Source: Chryseobacterium sp. (GTDB lineage: Bacteria > Bacteroidota > Bacteroidia > Flavobacteriales > Weeksellaceae). Taken from it: a DNA stretch of 64,000 nucleotides. The notes below the pieces were generated by a model. It was not told the DNA's origin and made no database searches. It saw only the letters and a list, made by a program, of their open reading frames with translations. The stretch spans positions 4,993-68,992 of the forward strand of contig QFQW01000006.1 in assembly GCA_003248755.1 (NCBI GenBank). The letters are read 5' to 3'. Positions 9,957-17,997 of this stretch are shown in pieces; within the stretch, counting starts at the first letter, position 1, and the number at the start of each line of letters is the position of its first letter. Both the position numbers and the translations under genes were made by a program.

Positions 9957-10972
9957 AAAAACAACATATCCTTTTAATACATTTTTTTTACTGGCTATAT
10001 TTTATTTATTATCAGTTTCGTTTTCAGTTTTTACCTGACAGTTCAGAATCAGAATTTCAGACATATGCCTTAGGATATTCTTTTTTGTTTGTTAATGTGA
10101 TTGTGTTTTATCTTAATTATCTGGTCGTTCTTCCCTTCGCTTATAAAAAGCAAAAGCTTTATGCTATTATTTTAGGAATAATTTCTATGTTTTTGTGTTT
10201 CAGTTTTTTGAGATATTCTATTGAGGAAGTTCTTTATCCGATGTTTCTTGGCATCAGGAATTATAATGAAAAAACATCTTTGGCTTATTATATCTACGAC
10301 AATACTTTTTTTAGTTATACAACTATTTTTATAAGTTCTCTGATTTGGTTTTTAAATAATGCATTGAGCTCTGAAAAAGAAAAAAGTAAACTCATTGAAG
10401 AGAAAAAAATTTCTGAACTACAAGCTTTGAAAACCCAGATTAATCCGCATTTCATATTTAACACTCTTAATAATATTTATTCTTTGGTTTATCAGCAATC
10501 TGAAAAAGCTTTACCTGCAATAGAGGAACTGAGTCAATTATTGAGATACAGCACCAAAGATTTGGAAAGGGATTTTATATTTTTGGAAAAGGAAGTTGGT
10601 TATCTTGAAAGTCTGATTGAGCTTGAAAAATTAAGAATCAAAAATCCGGAATTATTAATCATTGAGAAGAGAATCAATTTTCCGAATCTTAATATTTCTC
10701 CAATGCTTCTCGTTCCGTTTGTAGAAAATGCTTTCAAACATGGCGATTTTTCAGGAAAAGGATTTACTTTGAAGATTTCTGATGAGAATCAAAAACTCAA
10801 TTTTCATCTTCATAATTTTAAAAAACAACGTTCCAAAGATTCACTTTCCGGAATAGGAATCGGAAATGTTAAAAAAAGACTGGAAATCCTCTATCCAAAA
10901 AAACACAAACTCAATATCATTGAAACCGAAACAGAATATTCTGTAGATTTGAAAATCGATTTAACTAATTAA
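9953..10972 (+). CDS. LytS/YehU-type sensor histidine kinase
   Basis: Several N-terminal TM helices, then the His_kinase block QINPHFIFNTLNNIYSL and an HATPase-like C-terminus (VENAFKHG, GIGIGNVKKRLE). Confidence 0.8.
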   Translation: MKKQHILLIHFFYWLYFIYYQFRFQFLPDSSESEFQTYALGYSFLFVNVIVFYLNYLVVLPFAYKKQKLYAIILGIISMFLCFSFLRYSIEEVLYPMFLGIRNYNEKTSLAYYIYDNTFFSYTTIFISSLIWFLNNALSSEKEKSKLIEEKKISELQALKTQINPHFIFNTLNNIYSLVYQQSEKALPAIEELSQLLRYSTKDLERDFIFLEKEVGYLESLIELEKLRIKNPELLIIEKRINFPNLNISPMLLVPFVENAFKHGDFSGKGFTLKISDENQKLNFHLHNFKKQRSKDSLSGIGIGNVKKRLEILYPKKHKLNIIETETEYSVDLKIDLTN

Positions 10973-10980
10973 ACTACTTT

Positions 10981-11043
10981 TGTCATTCTGAATGGAGCAA
11001 AGCGAAGTGAAGAATCTGAGATTCCTCCTACGCCGGAATGACA
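10981..11043. repeat. REP-like palindromic intergenic element between the kinase and regulator genes
   Basis: Terminal inverted repeat tgtcattc (10981-10988) / gaatgaca (11036-11043) with an internal palindrome gaatctgagattc. It resembles the GTCATTC...GAATGAC hairpin repeats I recall from Flavobacteriia intergenic DNA. Confidence 0.45.
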
Positions 11044-11055
11044 TTATGATTTGAT

Positions 11056-11739
11056 ATGAGAAAAATTAAATGCATCGTTGTGGATGACGAACCTCTCGCA
11101 GTTTCTTTGCTGGGAAGTTACGTTGAAAAAATTCCGTTTTTTGAATTGGTTTTTTCAACGGAAAACCCAATTGAAGCTTTAGAATATATTCAGAAAAACG
11201 AAGCCGATTTGATTTTTTTGGATATTCAAATGCCGGAACTCACGGGAATCAATTTTATGAAAATCGTGGGCAACAAACTGAAATATATCCTCACAACAGC
11301 TTACTCAGAATATGCCTTGGAAGGCTATGAACATAATGTGATTGATTATCTTCTGAAACCAATTTCGTTTGGTCGTTTTGAAAAAAGTGCTTTGAAAGCT
11401 CAGGAACGATTTCCAAATGAAGAATCCCAGAATTCTCATTTTTTCATAAAATCATCAGGACAACAGCACCGGATCAACTTTGATGACATTCTTTATATTG
11501 AAAGTATCAAAGATTATGTCAGCATCAAAACCGAAAATCAGGAATACATTGTACTTGACACGTTAAAATCTCTGGAAAATCAATTGCCTGAAAACTTTGC
11601 AAGAGTTCATAAATCCTTTATTCTGAACCTTGAGAAAATAGAGAAAATCGATGTGAAAAATGTCTTTCTTAATTCAGGAAAAGAAATTCCAATAGGCGAA
11701 ACCTACAAATCCGAATTCTTTTTGAAAATCAAAAAATAA
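11056..11739 (+). CDS. LytTR-family response regulator
   Basis: Receiver domain (VVDDEP, phospho-acceptor context DLIFLDIQMP) plus a C-terminal LytTR DNA-binding domain (ILYIESIKDYVSIKT..., VHKSFILNL). Confidence 0.85.
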   Translation: MRKIKCIVVDDEPLAVSLLGSYVEKIPFFELVFSTENPIEALEYIQKNEADLIFLDIQMPELTGINFMKIVGNKLKYILTTAYSEYALEGYEHNVIDYLLKPISFGRFEKSALKAQERFPNEESQNSHFFIKSSGQQHRINFDDILYIESIKDYVSIKTENQEYIVLDTLKSLENQLPENFARVHKSFILNLEKIEKIDVKNVFLNSGKEIPIGETYKSEFFLKIKK

Positions 11740-11779
11740 TAATTTATATATGTAATATTCTAACTTGTAACTTTGTTTA

Positions 11780-11811
11780 TTGCATTTTATGGAGAAAATA
11801 TGTTAATTTTG
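11780..11811 (+). promoter_or_regulatory. Candidate Bacteroidota sigma-A promoter for the ACP cassette
   Basis: TTG (11780-11782), 21-nt spacer, then TAATTTTG (11804-11811), which matches the TAnnTTTG -7 consensus. It lies 19 nt upstream of the ACP start. Confidence 0.35.
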
Positions 11812-11829
11812 CATTGTAAAAACACATAA

Positions 11830-12048
11830 ATGCAAGAAAAACTATTAACGATTATTAATTCTATCAAAAAAAATAAATTTGAGGAACCTGTTTTGGAAAT
11901 TAAACCTGAACAGAAACTTAGAGAAGACCTTAATTTCGATTCTTTTGATCTTGCAGAGCTTACCGTAAAAATTGAAGAAGAATTTGGAGTAGATATATTT
12001 GAGGATGGATTAGTGAATTCTGTGGACGAAATTTATGCAAAACTCTGA
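11830..12048 (+). CDS. Acyl carrier protein (phosphopantetheine-binding)
   Basis: 72 aa and acidic. LNFDSFDLAELTVKIEEEFG matches the ACP DS(L/F)D Ser attachment motif plus helix II. Confidence 0.75.
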   Translation: MQEKLLTIINSIKKNKFEEPVLEIKPEQKLREDLNFDSFDLAELTVKIEEEFGVDIFEDGLVNSVDEIYAKL

Positions 12049-13262
12049 TGCTTTTCTTAATAGATCGCAATTTTTCTCTCTCGTACGAAGAAATTCTGCA
12101 GCATATTGATTCCGAAGACTCTTATATCGATTGCTATATTTATCCTAATCTGAAATCATTTTTTCTTAATTGGATTTTTGCATTAGTTAATCAAAAGAGT
12201 ATTGCTTTGATAGATTCTGACATCTCAGAAAAAGAGATTTTGTCAAACGATTTACAGGTCAATCAATTAATAAAAATTGAGAATCCGGTTAAGATTGGTT
12301 CGATTGAAGAATTAGTTGATTCTATTAATAATTCAACTTCCGAGATTACACTTTTTACTTCCGGAACAACTGGATTTACAAGAAAATTCACTCATCCACT
12401 GAGAAACCTTATTAGAAAAATTAATATTTCTGAAGAGAGAAAAAACGATGTTTGGGGATTTGCTTTTAATCCGACACACGTTGCAGGTGTTCAGGTTTTT
12501 TTTCAGGCTATTTTGAATCGGAATCTTTTGGTTAACGTTTTTCTTGCGCCGAAAGATTTTGTGATTGATGCAATTGACGAATACAAAATTACGAACCTTT
12601 CATCAACTCCAACTTTTTATCGATTACTTTTACCGTTGAAAAAATCATTTGATTCGGTTAAAAAAATTACGATTGGTGGTGAAAAGTCAGATGCCTTTTT
12701 GATTTCTGAAGTTGAGAAAGCTTTTCCAAATGCAAGAATCAACAATGTTTATGGTTCTACGGAAACCGGACCTTTGTTCTCATCTCAAAATGATGAATTT
12801 TTTGTTCAGGATAAATATATTGGTTTTATAAAAGTGGTTGATGACGAATTATATATTCACAAGGATTTATTCGGAAAAACAACTCAACTGAATTTGATTG
12901 ACGGTTTTTATCCAACCGGAGATTTGATAGAATGGATTGATGATGAGCAGAAAAGATTCCGTTTTACATCAAGGAAAAATGAATTAATCAATGTTGGCGG
13001 TTACAAAGTGAATCCTTATGAAGTGGAAGATGAACTGATACAACATTCCAAAATCCGAAATGTAAGAGTCTACGGAAAAGCCAATGCTGTTTTAGGAAAT
13101 ATCATTTGTTGCGAAATTGAACTTCACCCGGATTCTGAACTGAAAGAAGAAGAAGTCAGATTTTTCTTGAACGGAAAAATTCAAAACTTTAAAATTCCTA
13201 GAAAAATAACCTTTGTTGACAAAATAGAGTTAACCAGAACCGGAAAAAAGAAAATAGTATGA
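12048..13262 (+). CDS. AMP-forming adenylating enzyme (acyl-ACP/CoA ligase-like), short N-terminal domain
   Basis: LFTSGTTGFTRKF (A3 / P-loop-like motif), YGSTETG (A5), YPTGDL (A7), NVGGYKVNPYEVE (A8), TRTGKKK (A10). The start overlaps the ACP stop (ATGA-type coupling). Confidence 0.75.
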   Translation: MLFLIDRNFSLSYEEILQHIDSEDSYIDCYIYPNLKSFFLNWIFALVNQKSIALIDSDISEKEILSNDLQVNQLIKIENPVKIGSIEELVDSINNSTSEITLFTSGTTGFTRKFTHPLRNLIRKINISEERKNDVWGFAFNPTHVAGVQVFFQAILNRNLLVNVFLAPKDFVIDAIDEYKITNLSSTPTFYRLLLPLKKSFDSVKKITIGGEKSDAFLISEVEKAFPNARINNVYGSTETGPLFSSQNDEFFVQDKYIGFIKVVDDELYIHKDLFGKTTQLNLIDGFYPTGDLIEWIDDEQKRFRFTSRKNELINVGGYKVNPYEVEDELIQHSKIRNVRVYGKANAVLGNIICCEIELHPDSELKEEEVRFFLNGKIQNFKIPRKITFVDKIELTRTGKKKIV

Positions 13263-13981
13263 ATGTATTGATAACAGGAGTTTCCAGAGGTGTTGGTTTA
13301 GAAATCAGCAAGTTATTTCTAGAAAATGGACACACAGTTTATGGAATCAGCAGAACCGAATCCGAAGAGTTGAAAGTTTTGAAAAAACAATATCCAAATC
13401 AGCTTTTCTTCAAAGCTTTTGACTTGTCTAATCCGGAAAATATCAAACAATCTGTTTTCAAAGACTTTATAAATAATCACATTCCGATTCATGTTTTAAT
13501 CAACAATGCGGCGGTTGCTTACGATGATATTGTGACAAATCTTAATATCGACGAGTTGAGAAAAATGTTCGATATCAATCTTTATTCACCAATGTTTATG
13601 ACAAAGTATGCGATTCGAAATATGATTTACAATCGGATTTCCGGAAGCATTATCCATATTTCGTCAATCAGTGCTCATACAGGTTACAAAGGTTTGTCGA
13701 TGTATGCTTCTTCCAAAGGCGCATTGCAGTCTTTCTCCAAAAATATTTCCAGAGAATGGGGCGAGCGTGGAATCCGTTCCAACATCATTGTTCCAGGCTA
13801 CATGGAAACTGCGATGAACGCCAAACTGACTCAGGAACACAAAAACCGAATCTTCAAAAGAACAGCTCTGAAAAAAGAAACCGACATGGTATCTGTAGCA
13901 GAAACCGTTTTGTTCTTGGCGGGGGAAAAATCAAAATCAATTACCGGACAGGAAATTTTCGTAGATTCTGGAACGTTATAA
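13259..13981 (+). CDS. SDR-family oxidoreductase (FabG-like ketoreductase)
   Basis: ITGVSRGVG (TGxxxGxG), NNAA, and the catalytic S...YxxxK (SSISAH..., YASSKGAL). Overlaps the preceding gene by 4 nt. Confidence 0.85.
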   Translation: MNVLITGVSRGVGLEISKLFLENGHTVYGISRTESEELKVLKKQYPNQLFFKAFDLSNPENIKQSVFKDFINNHIPIHVLINNAAVAYDDIVTNLNIDELRKMFDINLYSPMFMTKYAIRNMIYNRISGSIIHISSISAHTGYKGLSMYASSKGALQSFSKNISREWGERGIRSNIIVPGYMETAMNAKLTQEHKNRIFKRTALKKETDMVSVAETVLFLAGEKSKSITGQEIFVDSGTL

Positions 13982-13992
13982 AAAACAAAACA

Positions 13993-14568
13993 ATGATCAA
14001 TCTGATTTATAAAGCGCTTAACATCATTCCCAAAACGATTGCTAAAATCGAGAAACTTTACTCTTACAGCATTCTCAATTCGCATTCCGGAGTCAAGCTT
14101 CATTCTGATTTGAAGATTGGTAAAGCAACCACTTTTGAATTGGATGACAACGCCAAATTTGAGATTGGGAAAAACGTCATTTGGAGAGACCACAATGCTA
14201 TCAGGATCAGAAAAGGAGGTACACTCATTTTCGGAAACAATGTGGACCTCAGTCATTATATTTCTATCAATTGTTTGGATAAAATTGAATTAGGCGATGA
14301 TACCTGTATTGCAGAAGGCTGTAAATTTTATGACCACGACCACGCTTTTGACACAAAACCAGAATACGTTTGGCATAAAGACAAATTCAATACAGCACCA
14401 ATTATCATTGGGAAAAATGTCAAAATCTACAGCAATGTTACCGTTCTCAAAGGTGTAACAATTGGTGATAACTGCATCATCGGAGCCAACTGTGTCATTT
14501 CCAGAAATGTTCCCGCCAATTCAATCATCTTCGGAAAACACGAGCTGATGAGGTTGCCATTGATGTAG
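13993..14568 (+). CDS. Left-handed beta-helix (hexapeptide-repeat) acyl/acetyltransferase
   Basis: Hexapeptide repeats (IGKNVKIYSNVTVLKGVTIGDNCIIGANCVI) and a DHDH motif as in WcaF/MAT-like transferases. Start set at ATG 13993 because the longer track ORF overlaps the SDR gene out of frame. Confidence 0.75.
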   Translation: MINLIYKALNIIPKTIAKIEKLYSYSILNSHSGVKLHSDLKIGKATTFELDDNAKFEIGKNVIWRDHNAIRIRKGGTLIFGNNVDLSHYISINCLDKIELGDDTCIAEGCKFYDHDHAFDTKPEYVWHKDKFNTAPIIIGKNVKIYSNVTVLKGVTIGDNCIIGANCVISRNVPANSIIFGKHELMRLPLM

Positions 14569-14609
14569 TTTCTATTTGACTGCGTCGAACCACTTCGCTA
14601 GGTTTGGGC

Positions 14610-14686
14610 AGCTTAATCCGCCTTCCGTTCCCGCTTTTTTCTTTTTTTGTAAAAAAGAAAAAGAGCTCCACTCAAGTCGGGCTGCG
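14610..14686 (+). repeat. REP-like ~75-bp element, copy 1 (inverted copy at 48661-48733)
   Basis: agcttaatccgccttccgttcccgcttttttctttttttgtaaaaaagaaaaagagctccactcaagtcgggctg aligns with the reverse complement of 48661-48733. It contains a T-run/A-run hairpin and sits just 3' of a gene. Confidence 0.6.
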
Positions 14687-14768
14687 AGAGATTTACCGTT
14701 TTAAAAAATACTATGAAAAAAATTAAAAACTTTTTAAGGTAAAAAAAAATCTGTACCGTCTTATTCGT

Positions 14769-15344
14769 ATGGAGTCGCTATCTTTACAGCAAATGTCCGA
14801 AAAAAAATCTGCATCGATTACGGAAGTCGTGAAAAATTACGGCTCTCAGCTTTTGCGCTTTATTAATTCTAAAGTGGCAAAGACGGAAGATGCAGAAGAT
14901 ATTCTTCAGGAAGTTTGGTTTCAAACCAGCAGATTGACCAATCTGGATGAACTGGAAAATGTCGGAGCCTGGTTATATTCGGTCACCAGAAACAAGATCA
15001 TCGATAGTTATCGGAAAAAGAAAACTGAATCACTGGAAGATTTTGTCTATCAGGACGAAGACGGCGAACTGAATGTGAAGGATATTCTTTTGGCTGATGA
15101 TACCAATAATCCGGAAATCGGTGTGTTCAAAGAAATGTTTTGGAATGAGTTAATGAAAGCTCTGGATGAATTACCGGAAAAACAAAAGCGTGTTTACATA
15201 CAAAACGAACTTGAGGATAAAACTCTGCAAGAAATTGCGGATGAAGAGGGCGAAAACATAAAAACAATAATCAGTAGAAAATCTTATGCTGTAAAACATT
15301 TGCGAAAAAAATTGCAGATACTTTACAACGATTTAAATGATTAA
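14769..15344 (+). CDS. ECF-type RNA polymerase sigma-70 factor
   Basis: Region 2 (DAEDILQEVWFQ..., WLYSVTRNKIIDSYRKK) and region 4 HTH (LPEKQKRVYIQNELEDKTLQEIADEEGENIKTIISRKSYAVKHLR). Confidence 0.8.
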   Translation: MESLSLQQMSEKKSASITEVVKNYGSQLLRFINSKVAKTEDAEDILQEVWFQTSRLTNLDELENVGAWLYSVTRNKIIDSYRKKKTESLEDFVYQDEDGELNVKDILLADDTNNPEIGVFKEMFWNELMKALDELPEKQKRVYIQNELEDKTLQEIADEEGENIKTIISRKSYAVKHLRKKLQILYNDLND

Positions 15345-15355
15345 TTATTAAAAAA

Positions 15356-15745
15356 ATGAAAAGAAATAGAAAGAAATTTTGGATGATTTTTCCTTGCGTG
15401 ATAGGTGCAGTGGGATTATTTATTTGGTTTTTCCAATGGCTTTGGAATATTCTATTACCCGATATTTTGGGAGTGAAAGCAATTAATTATTGGCAATCGG
15501 CTGGAATCTTATTGTTATCGAAAATCTTGTTTGGAGGTTTCAATGGTGCTAAAGAAAAGTTTAAAAGACGAAATGATTTTAATATTGGAATAGGAGATAG
15601 AAGAGAACATTGGAGGCAGAAATTTGAAACTCAATTTTGTGGAAGCGAAGAAGAACGTGAGAAGTTTAAGGAAATGTGGAAGCAAAGATTCGAATCTAAA
15701 TTCTGCAGACCAGAAGAATCTCGGCCAGAAGAAAATAAAATATAA
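15356..15745 (+). CDS. Small membrane protein, possible cognate anti-sigma factor
   Basis: Two predicted TM helices followed by a charged tail with a duplicated (K/R)FExxFCxxEE motif. Lies 11 nt after the ECF sigma gene. Confidence 0.45.
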   Translation: MKRNRKKFWMIFPCVIGAVGLFIWFFQWLWNILLPDILGVKAINYWQSAGILLLSKILFGGFNGAKEKFKRRNDFNIGIGDRREHWRQKFETQFCGSEEEREKFKEMWKQRFESKFCRPEESRPEENKI

Positions 15746-15776
15746 AAAAGTCTCACAAATTTGTGAGACTTTTTTA
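15744..15776. terminator. Bidirectional intrinsic terminator (end of the ECF pair and of the ABC-exporter operon)
   Basis: Perfect palindrome aaaaaagtctcacaa-a-ttgtgagactttttt. Confidence 0.75.
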
Positions 15777-15780
15777 TATT

Positions 15781-17997
15781 TTAACCGCCTAATTCTAATT
15801 GATTCTTTACAAGCTCAAAGTAGCTCCCTTTCATTTTTGTTAATTCTTGATGACTCCCAATTTCTACAATTTTACCATTATCCAGCACTACAATTTTATC
15901 CGCATTTTTAACCGTTGAAAGTCGATGAGCAATAATAATTACTGTTTTCTCTTTGAAAAAAAACTGCAAATTGTCATGAATGATTTTTTCATTTTCTGAA
16001 TCAAGAGCAGATGTAGCTTCATCGAAGAATAAAAATTGCGGATTTTTGTAAACTGCTCTCGCGATAAGAATTCTTTGTTTCTGCCCTCCTGATATGCCAT
16101 TACCGTCTGCTCCAATTTGAGTACTTAATTTAAGAGGAAGTGTACTTATAAAATCATTTAAATTAGCAATCTCTATCGCATAATTTAATTTTTGAAAATT
16201 AATATCTTCTTCACCAACGGCAATGTTTTTTGCAATTGTATCATTAAAAATAAAACCGTCTTGCATTACTGCGCCTATGTTTTTTCTCCATTCTCCCGAA
16301 TGTATATCCATAAAATTGGTTTTTCCTAAAGATATATTTCCCAAATCTGGTTCATAGAATTTTAGAAGTAATTTCATAAGGCTCGTTTTACCACTTCCGC
16401 TTGTTCCTACTATTGCCGTAATTTTATTTTTTGGAATAGTTAAAGAGATATTATCTAAAACTCTCATGTCGTTTCCAAAATAAGAAAACGATATTTCTTT
16501 AAGGTAGATATCTTCGGATTTGACTGCCGGTTCATTCTCTATATTTTTTCTCTCATCTTCGTTTTCTTTTTCGTAAATCTCATTTAGCCTTTCCAAGCTT
16601 ATTTTTGCATCTTGAGAACTTCTGATAAAATCAACTAGTTGGGAAAGCGGAATATTAAGCTGTCCAACAATAAATTGTATAGACAACATCTCTCCTAGTG
16701 TAATTTTATTATTTATAACTAGACTAGCGGAAATAAAAGTGATTAAAATATCTTTCAAATGGTTTAAAAAACTAGATCCTATGTTCTGCCATAGTTCTAC
16801 GTTTTGTAATTTTATTTGAATACGATATATTTTATTTTGAATTTTTTCCCAATCTGTTGTTTTCTGAGATTCAGCTCTGTTCAATTTGATTTCCTGCATT
16901 CCGGAAATAATTTCCATCGTCTTTGACCTTTCTTCTGCTTGTTGTTCAAACCTCATGTAATCTAGAATTTTTCTTTTCTTTGAAAAAAATAATAGCCACA
17001 AAGTGTATAGAATACTTCCAATAAAAAAGATTACAAACACCTGATAATTGTAATACAGCAAAATACTTCCAAACACAATGAAATGAATGAAGGAAAAAAA
17101 GGTATTTAGAGAACTTCCGGTAAGATAGGATTGCACTCTGTAATTATCATTCATCCTCTGTATCAAGTCTCCGGTAATTCTGGAATCGAAGAACGAAATA
17201 GGAAGTCTCATCATTTTTTTTAAAAAGTCAGAAACCAATACAATATTGATTCTATTGCTTAAATGAAGTAAAATTCTTGACCTGATTGCCTCAACGATAA
17301 TTTGTCCTAAAAACAATGCTAATTGAGCAAAAAGAATTGTGTAGATAAAATTTATATTTTTAGGTTTAATACCTTTATCCACAATGTTTTTTGTGAAAAA
17401 TGGAAAGAAAAAAGATATAATATTTTCTATCAGTAGAGCTAAAATAAGATATAGAAGTAGTGTTTTTTGCTTCTTTAGATATTTTATGAAACGAGAATAT
17501 GGATTCGTTTTTTTACAATTAAATCTTTGTTTCCCAAAATCGGAATTGGGTTCTAATAAAAGAATAATACCTTCTTCTGTATTTCCATTTGCAGTTTCAT
17601 TAATCCAATTTTTAATAAAATCACTATGACTATATTTTACTTTTCCCATCGCAGGGTCAGCCACATAGACTCTGTTTGGGTCGATTTTATATAATACCAC
17701 ATAATGGTAGTTTTTCCAAAAAACAATACTTGGCAGAGGTGCCTCCAATAAAGTTTCAAAACTAATTTTTGTTCCAAATGCATCAAACCCAATACTTTCT
17801 GCTGCTTTGGAAATATTATAAAGACTGCTTCCTTCACGGCTAGTTTTAGAAAGATTACGCAAATCCTGAATAGAAAGATGCTTTTTGTAATAAGCACTGA
17901 TGATTTTTAAACAAGTGGGGCCACAGTCTTTTCCATCAAATTGTTTGTAAAAAGGAAAGGGTCTAAGTCTATTTTTTATTCTTGAAATTAATTTCAT
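15781..17997 (-). CDS. Peptidase C39 domain-containing ABC transporter (double-glycine leader-cleaving bacteriocin/RiPP exporter)
   Basis: N-terminal C39 domain with an intact triad context (QFDGKDCGPTC; NYHYVVLY; VADPA). Six-TM ABC membrane domain. Walker A GTSGSGKTS, signature ISGGQKQR, Walker B LFFDEATSALD, H-loop IIIAHRL. Confidence 0.9.
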   Translation of the reverse strand: MKLISRIKNRLRPFPFYKQFDGKDCGPTCLKIISAYYKKHLSIQDLRNLSKTSREGSSLYNISKAAESIGFDAFGTKISFETLLEAPLPSIVFWKNYHYVVLYKIDPNRVYVADPAMGKVKYSHSDFIKNWINETANGNTEEGIILLLEPNSDFGKQRFNCKKTNPYSRFIKYLKKQKTLLLYLILALLIENIISFFFPFFTKNIVDKGIKPKNINFIYTILFAQLALFLGQIIVEAIRSRILLHLSNRINIVLVSDFLKKMMRLPISFFDSRITGDLIQRMNDNYRVQSYLTGSSLNTFFSFIHFIVFGSILLYYNYQVFVIFFIGSILYTLWLLFFSKKRKILDYMRFEQQAEERSKTMEIISGMQEIKLNRAESQKTTDWEKIQNKIYRIQIKLQNVELWQNIGSSFLNHLKDILITFISASLVINNKITLGEMLSIQFIVGQLNIPLSQLVDFIRSSQDAKISLERLNEIYEKENEDERKNIENEPAVKSEDIYLKEISFSYFGNDMRVLDNISLTIPKNKITAIVGTSGSGKTSLMKLLLKFYEPDLGNISLGKTNFMDIHSGEWRKNIGAVMQDGFIFNDTIAKNIAVGEEDINFQKLNYAIEIANLNDFISTLPLKLSTQIGADGNGISGGQKQRILIARAVYKNPQFLFFDEATSALDSENEKIIHDNLQFFFKEKTVIIIAHRLSTVKNADKIVVLDNGKIVEIGSHQELTKMKGSYFELVKNQLELGG

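Noticed and set aside
13756-13992. The 5' extension of the acetyltransferase ORF (track ORF 13756-14568).
   Set aside because: The extension overlaps the 3' third of the SDR gene in another frame and translates to Arg/Gly/Asn-rich junk. The ATG at 13993 lies 12 nt after the SDR stop and begins the recognisable hexapeptide-transferase sequence.
15624-15911. A 95-aa plus-strand ORF spanning the end of the small membrane protein gene, the terminator and the 3' end of the ABC gene.
   Set aside because: It crosses a perfect bidirectional terminator and overlaps two better-supported genes. Its translation has no motifs.
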